This document shows, piece by piece, positions 40,468 through 50,524 of a DNA stretch of 64,000 bases. The notes beneath the pieces are model-generated. The model saw only the letters and a program-made list of their open reading frames with translations. It was not told where the DNA came from and did not search any database. A program made the position numbers and the translations under genes. This stretch comes from Candidatus Dormiibacterota bacterium (GTDB taxonomy: Bacteria > Chloroflexota > Dormibacteria > Aeolococcales > Aeolococcaceae): NCBI GenBank assembly GCA_963708605.1, contig CAVPTG010000011.1, positions 76,639-140,638 on the forward strand, read 5' to 3'. Position 1 is the first letter of the stretch. Every line of letters starts with the position of its first letter.

Positions 40468-43137
40468 GCCCCGACCGGCACCCGCTCCGGCGCCGGGGTG
40501 GCGACACCGGCCAGGGCGACCCGCCGGACCAGCCCGAAGGGCGTCTGCTCGTCCGACTGCCCGAGCGGGTTATCCGCAATCATGGCCAGAACCGCCTCGG
40601 CGTCGACACCGACCGACGCGAAGACCTCGGCGGCCATGTCGTTCGCGTCGATGATCGCGACCCCGACACGACGGCCGGTTCGCCGGCGCACGTCAGCGGC
40701 AATTCGCAACGCGGCGCCCGACGGGTCCACCGGTGACTTGGTCGCCCATGTGTCGTACGGCGGCAGGTTGAGCGACGACGGCCCGTCGATCGCGTTGACC
40801 CCGTGACCGGCGACGCGGTAAAAGACGCCGCGCATCCCGAGCGGCTTGGTCGCCGCTGCGGCGGCGGCCGCAAGCAGGATGCGTCCCGCGCCGGCTTCGT
40901 CGATGGCCAGTTGCATGGTCGTCGGATGCGCGAGCCCGATACCGGTCGGCTCGTGGCTCACGTAGCGCGAGAGCACGCGAGCGGTGCGTGACACGGCAAT
41001 GTCGTCGATGGGATACGAGCGTCCCTGGCTGATGGCGAGTGCCTTCTCACTGACCAGCAGCACGTCGCCGTCCTCCACCTCGATGCCGTCGCCTCGCAGG
41101 CGGTCGAGACCCCCGCCGATCGCTTCGAGGAGATCGTCGCCGGGCTTGATGAGCGTCGAGCGCAGCGGGAAGCGCGCCCAGATCCGTCCCCGGTCCTCGA
41201 GGAACAGGTGACGGCCCCAGTTCAGGCGCGCGCCGTTGACGAGCGCCTCGCCGTTGGCCACCTTTGCCGCGGTGGCGAGGTCGCCGCGGCGGACGAAGCC
41301 GCCCTCGTAGCTGTGCTCGTCGAGCGCGCGGGTCTTGCCGTCGATGTAGATGCGCAGCCAGACCTCCGCGTTGACTGCGCGCCAGAAGAACATCGACTCC
41401 TCGACCTCGCCGGCGCACGCCCGGCGGAAGTTCTCAGCCACCGCGGCCGCCTTCCAGTAGGGGCGGGCGCGAAACGACGGTGACCGCATCAGGCTCTGCA
41501 GCACCGCGCGCTGTCGCCGGTACCAGCGGAACTCGGGCGTGGTGAAGCCGATCTTCTTGCGCCGCGCCTCGACCTTGCGGGGCAGGACGCCGTGCAACGC
41601 CTGACGGACGATCGCCCGCGTCCATCCGTTGTGGATGATGGCCTCGCGCGGGAGCGTGAGGACGTACTCGACCAGCTCCTGGTCCAGGTAGGGCAACCGT
41701 GCCTCGAGCGAATGCGCCATCGAGGCGCGGTCCTCGTAGCGCAGCAGCGGCGGCAGGCTGTAGGTGCGGAAGTCCTGGAGGAGGCGGCGCTTGAGGTCGT
41801 CGGCGACACGGTCGTCATCGGGTGCCCTGCGTCCGCGCGTGAACGAAGGCGAGAGCATGCCGGCGACATCGACTCGCTGACCACGTTCGCGCAACCGCCG
41901 GCGCACCAGTGGGCTCACGATGTCGCGGAGCAACCACGCCTCGCGCGCGAACTCCGCATAGCGTCGCTCGCGCAGGAGCTGGCGCAGCAGCACGTACGGG
42001 TAGTGGTCGTACCCCGCGAGCAGCTCGTCGCCGGCCTGCCCGTCGAGCGTGACCGTGACCTGGCGCCGCGCGAGGCGCATCACCATCCACATGGCGAACG
42101 GCGCCGACGACACCATCGGCTCCTCCATGTGCCACACCCACGCCTCCAGCTCACGGATGAAATCCTGGTCGGTGGGCTGCACCTGGCTGTTGTCGGCGCC
42201 GGTCACCTTGAGCACGCTGTCGATGTAGGTGCTCTCGTCGATGCGGTCACCGGGGAACACCGCCGAGAACGTCTTGAGGCGGTCACCAAGCGATTCGGTG
42301 TCGGGCACGTGATCGCGCAGCTGCTGCGCCATCACCGTGCAGATCGACGACGAGTTCGAGACCGCCACTCAGGCAGATGCCCACCGGGACGTCGGCGACG
42401 AGGCGGCGCTGGACCGCGCGCTCGAACACGGCGCGAAAGGTCTCGGGGCTCGCGTCACCGTCCTCGGAGAGCCGCGGCGTCCAGTACACGCTTTCCGAGA
42501 TCGTGCTTCCCTCGATGACCGCGAACGCGGCGGCGGGCACCTGGCGGATCCCCCGGAAGAACGTCCCGTCGTTGTGATCGAACAGGCCGAAACGCAGGTA
42601 TTCGTACATCTGCTGCTCGTCGACCTCGCGCGGGAACGTGTCGTCCTGCAGGATCGCCTTGATCTCGGACGCGAACACCACGCGACCACGGTGACGCGCG
42701 TAGAAGAGCGGCTTGATGCCGAAGTGGTCGCGCGCCAGCACCAGTCGCGGCGTGGCGGTGCGCTCGTCGAGAATCGCGAGCCCCCACATGCCATTGAAGC
42801 GGCGGAAGCAGTCGGTCCCCCATTCCGCGTAGGCGTGCAGCACCACCTCCGTGTCGCAGGTGGTGTGGAAGGTGTGGCCGTTGCCCTCGAGCTCGGCGCG
42901 CAGCTCGCGAAAGTTGTAGACCTCGCCGTTGTAGACGATCTGCAATCGCCCCTCGTCCATCGACATCGGCTGCGCGCCGTGCTCGAGGTCGATGATGCTG
43001 AGCCTGCGGAATCCGAGCGACGCGGTGGCGTCCTCGAAGTGGCCGTCGTCGTCCGGACCGCGATGCCGGAGCGACACGGTCATCGCCTCGAGCAATGCCC
43101 TGTCGGGCGGACCCCAGAAGCCTGCGATACCGCACAC
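40464..43137 (-). pseudogene. asparagine synthase (glutamine-hydrolysing)-type amidotransferase fused to a CofE/F420-0:gamma-glutamyl-ligase-like C-terminal domain; one frameshift
   Basis: GTG-Cys start (MCGIAGF, Ntn nucleophile). PP-loop VGICLSGGL|DSSSI is broken at 42348-42359. The Asn-synthase body runs to about EVWLRIYIDG. A further ~290 aa follow, with LIKPGDDL, EDGDVLLVSEKALAISQGR, VNAIDGP, VGVAIIDAND and PLGQSDEQTP, all CofE-like. The span is 3n+1. Confidence 0.7.
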
Positions 43138-43343
43138 GTCAGCGGGCCGCCGGCGTCAATGGTCGTCGGTGCATGACCATGGCAACGGTACGACACACGC
43201 CGCTTCCGCGGCGTCTCCATGGAGTCGTTGATCCGAGCGCGCGAGTCCCCTTTTTCTCAAGCAGGCGCGTTCTCCAAGCAGGCTCGTGTCAGTGACGTCA
43301 CGTCAGATGGGACCATCGAGAACGGCGACAAGTAGCCCCTGCC

Positions 43344-43376
43344 CCTGTCCGGCGGGACAGGCGCTTTCAGCGCCTG
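43344..43376 (-). terminator. two overlapping GC-rich hairpins just after the groEL stop (no U-tract)
   Basis: CAGGCGC-TTTCA-GCGCCTG (43358-43376) and CCTGTCC-GGCG-GGACAGG (43344-43361), 9 nt downstream of the TAG at 43386-43388. Confidence 0.35.
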
Positions 43377-43385
43377 TGCCCGACC

Positions 43386-45044
43386 CTAGAAGTCCATGTC
43401 GTCGTCGTCCATGCCCATCCCGCCACCGCCGCCGTGGGAGTGGCCGCCTCCCGCGGCGACGCCTTCCTCGGGCTCCGGCGCATCGGCGATCAGCGCGTCG
43501 GTGCTGAGCACGATGGTGGCGATCGATGTCGCATGGACCAGCGCTGAAACGACAACCTTGGTGGGGTCGATGACGCCGCGCTTGATGAGATCCCCATAGG
43601 TCTCGGTGACGGCGTCGAACCCGTGGTCGCCCTTGGCCTCGGCGACCTCGTTGACCACGACCTGGCCTTCGAGGCCGGCGTTCTCGGCGATGATCCGGAG
43701 TGGCTCGCGGAGCGCCCGGGCGACGATGTCGGCACCGACTCGCGCGGTGCCATCGAGCTTGAGCGCCTGGACTGCGGGGATGGCCCGCAGCAACGCGACC
43801 CCACCACCGACGACCACGCCTTCCTCGATCGCCGCGCGGGTGGCCGCAAGGGCGTCCTCGACGCGGGACTTGCGCTCCTTCATCTCAACCTCGGTGGCAG
43901 CGCCCACCTTGATCACCGCAACGCCGCCGGTGAGGCGGGCGAGCCGCTCCTGGAGCTTCTCGCGATCCCAGTCGGACGTCGTCTCCTCCATCTGCTGGCG
44001 GATCTCAGCGGTACGGGCCTCGATGGCGGCCTTCGAGCCGCCGCCGCGAACGATCGTGGTGTCGTCCTTGGTGACCGTGACCCGCCCGGCGACGCCGAGC
44101 TGGTCGTCGCGGACCGCATCGAGGCGCAGGCCCGTCTTCTCGCTGATGACGGTCGCCCCGGTGAGCACCGCGATGTCCTGGAGGATGGCCTCCCGGCGCT
44201 CGCCGAACGCGGGCGCCTTGACCGCCATCGAGCTGAAGGTGCCCCGCGCCCGGTTGACCACCAGGGTGGCCAGCGCCTCGGCCTGGACATCCTCGGCGAT
44301 GATGAGCAGGGGACGGCCCGCGCGCATCACCAGCTCGAGGCTGGGCAGGAGATCGCTGACCGACGAGATCTTGGCATCCGTGACCAGAACTCGCGCGTCG
44401 TTGAGCACCGACTCCATGTTCTGCAGATCGGTGACCAGGTGCGCGGAGATGTACCCGCGGTCGAACTGCATGCCCTCGACGACCTCGACCTCGGTCTCGA
44501 TGCCGGTGCCGTCCTCGATGGAGACAACTCCTTCCTTGCCGACCTTGTCGAAGGCGTCCGCGATCATCGCGCCGATGACGTCGTCACCGGAGCTGATCGT
44601 GGCCACGCGGAGGATGTCGTCACCGCCCTTGACCGGGTGCGAGCGTGCGCGGATCGACTCCGTCGCCGCGTCGCACGCGGCCATCATGCCGCGGCGCAGG
44701 TCGTTGGGCGGAGCGCCCGCGGCGAGGTTCCGCAGGCCCTCGTCGAGCATCGCCCGGGCCAGCACCGTGGCGGTCGTGGTGCCGTCGCCCGCGATGTCGT
44801 TGGTCTTGATCGCGACTTCCTTGAGCAGCTGCGCGCCCATGTTCTCGAAGTGATCCTCGAGCTCGACCTCACGCGCGATCGTCACCCCGTCATTGCTGAT
44901 CAGGGGTGGGCCGAACTTCTTGTCGAGAACGACCGTGCGACCACGTGGTCCGAGTGTCACCGCGACGGTGTCGGCGACGACCGCCGCGCCGCGCGCGAGC
45001 GCAGCGCGCGCGGGCGCCTCGAAGCGAAGCTGCTTTGCTGCCAT
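43386..45044 (-). CDS. groEL: chaperonin GroEL
   Basis: 552 aa. [23 protein letters not shown], and a Gly/Met tail with HSH ([21 protein letters not shown]). Confidence 0.97.
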   Translation of the reverse strand: MAAKQLRFEAPARAALARGAAVVADTVAVTLGPRGRTVVLDKKFGPPLISNDGVTIAREVELEDHFENMGAQLLKEVAIKTNDIAGDGTTTATVLARAMLDEGLRNLAAGAPPNDLRRGMMAACDAATESIRARSHPVKGGDDILRVATISSGDDVIGAMIADAFDKVGKEGVVSIEDGTGIETEVEVVEGMQFDRGYISAHLVTDLQNMESVLNDARVLVTDAKISSVSDLLPSLELVMRAGRPLLIIAEDVQAEALATLVVNRARGTFSSMAVKAPAFGERREAILQDIAVLTGATVISEKTGLRLDAVRDDQLGVAGRVTVTKDDTTIVRGGGSKAAIEARTAEIRQQMEETTSDWDREKLQERLARLTGGVAVIKVGAATEVEMKERKSRVEDALAATRAAIEEGVVVGGGVALLRAIPAVQALKLDGTARVGADIVARALREPLRIIAENAGLEGQVVVNEVAEAKGDHGFDAVTETYGDLIKRGVIDPTKVVVSALVHATSIATIVLSTDALIADAPEPEEGVAAGGGHSHGGGGGMGMDDDDMDF

Positions 45045-45050
45045 CGCCGC

Positions 45051-45362
45051 CTACTTCTTGCCGTTCTTCTCGACGACGGCCAGGATGTCCTTCTCGCCGA
45101 GGATCAGGTACTCGACATCGTCGATCTTGACCTCGCTGCCGGCGTACTTCGCATACATCACGCGGTCGCCAACCTTCACGTCGAGGGGGACACGCACGCC
45201 TGTCTGCTCGTTGTAACGGCCGTTGCCGGCCGCCTCGATGATGCCCTCCTGGGGCTTCTCCTTGGCGGTGTCGGGCAGCAGGATTCCGCTCTTGGTCATC
45301 TCATCACGCTCGACCGGTTTGACAACGACGCGATCGGCGAGGGGGCGCAACTTGAGGGACAT
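45051..45362 (-). CDS. groES: co-chaperonin GroES
   Basis: 103 aa. [23 protein letters not shown] and [12 protein letters not shown]. Confidence 0.95.
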   Translation of the reverse strand: MSLKLRPLADRVVVKPVERDEMTKSGILLPDTAKEKPQEGIIEAAGNGRYNEQTGVRVPLDVKVGDRVMYAKYAGSEVKIDDVEYLILGEKDILAVVEKNGKK

Positions 45363-45378
45363 GGAACCTCCTGGATTC

Positions 45379-45405
45379 TTAGCACTCTTGGTGGGTGACT
45401 GCTAA
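45379..45405 (-). promoter_or_regulatory. CIRCE (HrcA operator) proximal copy
   Basis: In gene orientation TTAGCAGTC-N9-GAGTGCTAA, against consensus TTAGCACTC-N9-GAGTGCTAA (1 mismatch). It lies 17 nt upstream of the groES ATG. Confidence 0.8.
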
Positions 45406-45428
45406 CACTCTACCTAACTGAGTGCCAA
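45402..45428 (-). promoter_or_regulatory. CIRCE-like distal copy, overlapping the proximal one by 4 nt
   Basis: In gene orientation TTGGCACTC-N9-GAGTGTTAG (3 mismatches to consensus). It shares the TTAG/CTAA arm end with the proximal element. Confidence 0.55.
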
Positions 45429-45461
45429 GCTTGCAAGCTCGCGCCCCCACGTCGGGACTTG

Positions 45462-46313
45462 TCAGACCGCGGCGGCCGGGGCCGAGGGCGGGCCGGTGAC
45501 GCGAGGTCTCGACGGCCGGAGGAAGAGCGTGAGCCCGACGGCCAGGAAGGCCAGCCAGAGAACCGCCTGGAGGACGGTGGGCGAAGCGCTGTAGCCGATC
45601 AGCCCGTGGAGCACGTCGCCGATTCCCTGGTCGTCGGGCAGAGCGCCGCTCATGTTCCAGAGGGTCGCCGAGGCGCCCGGCAGCACGTGCAGCTCCTGGA
45701 GGTTCTGCACGCCGTCGGCGAGGAGCCCGGCCGCGACCACCATGAGCAGGCTCCCGACGATGGCGAAGAAACGCTTGAGGTTGAGGCGCAGGCCGACCCG
45801 GAACATCGCGAAGCTGACCGCCAGCGCGATCGCGAGGCCGATGACCGCGCCGATCACCACCAGCGCCGGCGAGCTCTGGTAGGTGATCGCGAGCAGGAAG
45901 ATCACGGTCTCGACCGCCTCGCGCCCGACGGTCACGAAGGCGACCAATCCCAGAGCGATCCCGGAGCCACCGGTGACAGCCCCCGAGATCTTGGCGCGCA
46001 GATCCCGCCCCATGTTGCGGCTGTGGCGCCGCATCCAGAAGGTCATGTACGTGAGCACCGCGACCGCGATCCCGAAGACGCCGGTCTCGAACCACAGCTG
46101 CGACGTCGATCCGATGAACGCGTCGCGGCTGACGATCCAGAGGACGATGCCGATCGCCATTGCCAGGACGATGGCCGCGCCCGCGCCGACGAACACGTAG
46201 CGGAAGAGATCGCGCCGTCCCGCCGAGGCCAGGTACGTGAGCAGGATCGAGCAGATGAGGGTCCCCTCGATCCCCTCCCTGGCAAAGATCAGCAGACTCC
46301 CGACCACGGACAC
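45462..46313 (-). CDS. FTR1-family high-affinity iron permease (EfeU-like)
   Basis: 283 aa, 7 TM. Two REXXE motifs (REGIE, REAVE). GTG start. Confidence 0.8.
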   Translation of the reverse strand: MSVVGSLLIFAREGIEGTLICSILLTYLASAGRRDLFRYVFVGAGAAIVLAMAIGIVLWIVSRDAFIGSTSQLWFETGVFGIAVAVLTYMTFWMRRHSRNMGRDLRAKISGAVTGGSGIALGLVAFVTVGREAVETVIFLLAITYQSSPALVVIGAVIGLAIALAVSFAMFRVGLRLNLKRFFAIVGSLLMVVAAGLLADGVQNLQELHVLPGASATLWNMSGALPDDQGIGDVLHGLIGYSASPTVLQAVLWLAFLAVGLTLFLRPSRPRVTGPPSAPAAAV

Positions 46314-46362
46314 AGCCCTCTTGGACAGAAAGAAACGAAACGTATGGCGCCGCGAGCGGCGG

Positions 46363-46381
46363 TTAGATTAGCCTAACCTAA
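46363..46381. promoter_or_regulatory. DtxR/IdeR iron box
   Basis: TTAGATTAGCCTAACCTAA against the DtxR consensus TTAGGTTAGCCTAACCTAA (1 mismatch). It lies 50 nt upstream of the FTR1 start and overlaps the ideR stop codon (46378-46380). Confidence 0.8.
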
Positions 46382-47070
46382 CGGTCCGCAGGCGACTCCA
46401 CCCACACGGCTGACGCCGTGTTCCGATCGATCTGGAACTCGCCGGTGCCGCCTTGCAGCAGCCACCCGGCCGCAGACCTGGCGACCACGCCGACGTCGAT
46501 CCCGGGGACGAGGCCGCGCTGGTCGAGGATGTGGAGCAGTTGGGGTGCCTCGTGCTCGGCGACCTCGGAGATCCGGGCCACCCGCGCGTGCTCGCCGTCG
46601 GCGAGGTCGACGAGGCGCACCAGGCGGCGGCCCTCCGGCGGGGTCCGGCCCGGGATCACGTTGCCGTGCGGGCAGGTGCTCGGCCGGCCGAGTTGGTCGT
46701 CGAGCCGGTCGAGGACGACGTCGGACATGCCGTGGGTGAGCTGAGCGGCCTCGAGATCGGCGGTCGCCCAGTCGAGCCCGAGCACGTCGGTCATCCAGCG
46801 CTCGACGATGCGATGGCGCCGGACGATGGTGGCAGCGGCACGGCCACCTTCGTCGGTGAGCTCGACCGAACGGTCCTCCGCGATGCGGATGAGGCCGTCA
46901 CGGGCCAGCCGCTGGAGCGAGACGGTCACCGTCGGCGCACTCACCCCGAGCCACTCGGCCAGGCGGCCGGGACGCGGCACCTCGCCCTCGTGCTCGATGT
47001 AGTAGATCGCCTCGAGATACCGCTCGGTGGTCTCCGACCGCTGGAGGGAGGGGTCGCCGGCGCCGCTCAT
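46378..47070 (-). CDS. ideR: iron-dependent transcriptional repressor, DtxR/IdeR family
   Basis: ATG 47070 (MSGAGDPSL), 230 aa. TERYLEAIYYIEHEG, VSAPTVTVSLQRLARDGL, metal-site HRIVERW...CPHG, and a C-terminal SH3-like domain. Confidence 0.85.
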   Translation of the reverse strand: MSGAGDPSLQRSETTERYLEAIYYIEHEGEVPRPGRLAEWLGVSAPTVTVSLQRLARDGLIRIAEDRSVELTDEGGRAAATIVRRHRIVERWMTDVLGLDWATADLEAAQLTHGMSDVVLDRLDDQLGRPSTCPHGNVIPGRTPPEGRRLVRLVDLADGEHARVARISEVAEHEAPQLLHILDQRGLVPGIDVGVVARSAAGWLLQGGTGEFQIDRNTASAVWVESPADR

Positions 47071-47081
47071 GCGAATGGAAT

Positions 47082-48098
47082 CTACGCGCACTCCGCAAGG
47101 GAAGGGTCGACGTCGAACCCCGGGGCGTCCGGCCCGTGGACCTGGAGCCGCTGCCAGCCCGCCGCGGCGATCATCGCCGCATTGTCGGTGCAGAGGTCGA
47201 AGGGCGGGATCACCACACGGAGCCCGCTGAAGCGCGCCCCGACCGCCTCGCGCAGCGCCCGGTTGGCCGCGACGCCCCCCACCACCGCCACGGTGGTCGT
47301 CGCGGTGCGATCCGCCGCCACCGCCAGGCCGGCCACCAGCTGGTCGACCGCAGCCACCTGAAAGCTCGCCGCGAGGTCGGCGACCACCTGCGGGTCGGCC
47401 GGGACACCGTTCTCGTCGAGAGCCGCGGGGCCGAGATCCCGGACCATGTAGCGCACGGCCGTCTTGAGGCCGCTGAACGAGAAGGCGCCCTCGAGCCGGG
47501 TGCGGGGCAGCGGGAATCGCGCCGGATCGCCGGATGGCGCGACCCGCTGGATCGCCGGGCCGCCCGGATACTCGAGGCCCAGCAGGCGCGCGACCTTGTC
47601 GAAGGCCTCGCCGGCTGCATCGTCGCGCGTCGCCGCCAGCCGCTCGGCGACACCGTGCTCGCGGAGCACGACACATTCGGTATGGCCGCCGCTCACCAGC
47701 AATGCCAGGTATGGAGGCTCCAGGTCGTGGTCGGCAAGCCACGCGCTGTACACGTGCCCGGCGAGGTGGGAGACGCCGACGATCGGGAGGTTGCGGGCGA
47801 TCGCCGCGCCGGTCGCGTACATGGTGCCGACGATCAGGCAGCCCGCCAGGCCCGGCCCGCGCGTGACCGCGATGGCATCGATGGCGTCCCAGCCTCCGGG
47901 CACGGGGGCGAGCGCGGCATCGACCACGGTGGCGAGCCCCTCCAGATGGGCCCGAGCGGCCAGCTCGGGAACGACACCGCCGTGGACGGCATGGAGGGCG
48001 ATCTGCGACGACACCACCGACGAACGGATCTCGCGGTCGTCGGCGAGCACCGCCGCCGCGGTCTCGTCGCAGGAGGTCTCGATGGCGAGGAGGTTCAG
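47082..48098 (-). CDS. tsaD: tRNA N6-adenosine threonylcarbamoyltransferase TsaD (apparent CTG start)
   Basis: (L)NLLAIETSCDETAAAV, VVPELAARAH, TRGPGLAGCL and VVGGVAAN; 338 aa. The conserved N-terminus begins exactly at CTG 48096-48098, which forms a CTGA overlap with the rimI stop. I found no ATG/GTG/TTG in frame in the ~30 codons upstream that I read. Confidence 0.85.
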   Translation of the reverse strand: MNLLAIETSCDETAAAVLADDREIRSSVVSSQIALHAVHGGVVPELAARAHLEGLATVVDAALAPVPGGWDAIDAIAVTRGPGLAGCLIVGTMYATGAAIARNLPIVGVSHLAGHVYSAWLADHDLEPPYLALLVSGGHTECVVLREHGVAERLAATRDDAAGEAFDKVARLLGLEYPGGPAIQRVAPSGDPARFPLPRTRLEGAFSFSGLKTAVRYMVRDLGPAALDENGVPADPQVVADLAASFQVAAVDQLVAGLAVAADRTATTTVAVVGGVAANRALREAVGARFSGLRVVIPPFDLCTDNAAMIAAAGWQRLQVHGPDAPGFDVDPSLAECA

Positions 48099-48616
48099 GC
48101 CGGCGGGTACTCCATCGAGGGGCCGCCCCCGACCCCGGCCACGTCGAGGCCGTTGAGGATCGCCATGAAGCTGCGCTTGAACTCCGGGGCGTGGATGCTG
48201 TCGCTCCACATGATCACCGCGTCCTCGCCGTTGTCGGTGTAGTACCCACGACGGCGGCCGATCGCCTTGAAGCCAAAGCGCTCGTAGAGGCGGATCGCAT
48301 GGTCGTTGGTGTCGCGCACCTCGAGCGTGATCCAGCGCGCTCCGAGCGCATAGGCTCGCTGCACCAGCGACGCGAACAGCACCGTGCCGTAGCCCTTCGA
48401 GTGGTCGCCGGCGCGGACGCCGATGGTGGTCACGTGGGCTTCGAGCGCGACCCGCCACAGGCCCGCATAGCCGACGATCTGGCCGTCCTGACGCAGCACG
48501 ATGTACGACGCCTGCCGGTTCTGCGACAGCTCGCTGGCGTACGCATTCTTCGGCCACGGGGACGCGAAGACCTGGCGCTCGATTGCCTGTACGGCGGCGA
48601 TGTCCTCGTAGCGCAT
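48095..48616 (-). CDS. rimI: ribosomal-protein-alanine N-acetyltransferase
   Basis: GNAT core IVGYAGLWRVALEAHVTTIGVRAGDHSKGYG, then LEVRDTNDHAIRLYERFGF. Start at MRYEDI (alternatives 48649, 48667). Confidence 0.8.
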   Translation of the reverse strand: MRYEDIAAVQAIERQVFASPWPKNAYASELSQNRQASYIVLRQDGQIVGYAGLWRVALEAHVTTIGVRAGDHSKGYGTVLFASLVQRAYALGARWITLEVRDTNDHAIRLYERFGFKAIGRRRGYYTDNGEDAVIMWSDSIHAPEFKRSFMAILNGLDVAGVGGGPSMEYPPA

Positions 48617-48794
48617 CGGCTCGACTGAGAGGCGAGGAACGACCTGCATGAACACCCTGAAAATCATTGATCGGGACTGGCATCTTCATGATAACCGCGC
48701 CATTGGGTGACGGCAGCCGCGCGTGACAGATGTCATGCAAGGTTCCTGACCCGCCTCACTATCGGTGACACGCGGCGCGCCTCAGGCTGGGCGC

Positions 48795-49748
<954 letters not shown>

Positions 49749-49762
49749 TTGGAGACCACCTG

Positions 49763-50503
49763 ATGCTCAACTACCTCGCCCTCGAAATCCGGCGCTCACT
49801 CCGCGATCGCCGCTACCTGCTGCTCGTCGCCGGGTGGCCGGTGGCCGCATATCTCCTCTTCTCCACGGTGTTCGGATCGGCCGCCGACCGGACGGAGGGA
49901 CTTGCGCCGACGGTCGCGATCATGGTGGCGATGGCCACCTTCGGCGCCATGGGGGGAGTCCTCATGGCCTCGGGTCCGCGCCTCGCCATGGACCGCCAGC
50001 TCGGCTGGCTGCGCCAGCTGCGGCTGACCCCGCTCTCGCCGGCTCGCATCCTCGCGGCGCGGCTCATGGCGGCGATGGCGCTCAGCCTTCCCGCGATCGT
50101 CCTCACCTTCATCGCCGCGGTGCTCGTCAAGGGCGTCAGCCTGCCGCTGTGGGAGTGGCCGCTGCTGGTGCTGCTGATCGGCGCCGGGTGCCTGCCGTTC
50201 GCCGCGATCGGCATCGTCGTGGGCTCGATCGCCGATGGCGACGGCGCACAGGGCCTCACCATGGTGCTGTACCTCGTGCTCGCGGCGCTCGGCGGCCTGT
50301 GGATGCCCGTCCAGATCCTGCCCTCGCCGCTGCAGACGGTCGCCAGGACGCTTCCCTCGTACCACCTTGCGCAGCTCGGCTGGCACATCGCGCGAGGTGT
50401 CGCTCCCGCGTTCGGTGACGCCCTGGTGCTGCTCGCCTGGTTCGCGGGCGCGGCCCTGCTGGCGGTGGCCGTGTCCCGCCGGTTGACGCTGCGCACCGCC
50501 TGA
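49763..50503 (+). CDS. ABC-2 type transporter permease
   Basis: 246 aa, 6 TM helices. SD-like GGAGA at 49751-49755. Confidence 0.8.
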   Translation: MLNYLALEIRRSLRDRRYLLLVAGWPVAAYLLFSTVFGSAADRTEGLAPTVAIMVAMATFGAMGGVLMASGPRLAMDRQLGWLRQLRLTPLSPARILAARLMAAMALSLPAIVLTFIAAVLVKGVSLPLWEWPLLVLLIGAGCLPFAAIGIVVGSIADGDGAQGLTMVLYLVLAALGGLWMPVQILPSPLQTVARTLPSYHLAQLGWHIARGVAPAFGDALVLLAWFAGAALLAVAVSRRLTLRTA

Positions 50504-50524
50504 AGGTGGCATAGCATCGAGACG

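Noticed and set aside
42348-42359. Programmed +1 ribosomal frameshifting at TCGAACTCGTCG, the site shared with 18876-18887.
   Set aside because: There is no slippery P-site codon, no rare or stop codon in the A site, no upstream SD-like stimulator and no downstream structure that I can see. Six other unrelated frame breaks in the window make a technical or mutational origin more economical.
43623-45398. 591-aa plus-strand ORF (also 43606-44853).
   Set aside because: It is antisense to groEL/groES. This is a GC-rich frame artefact.
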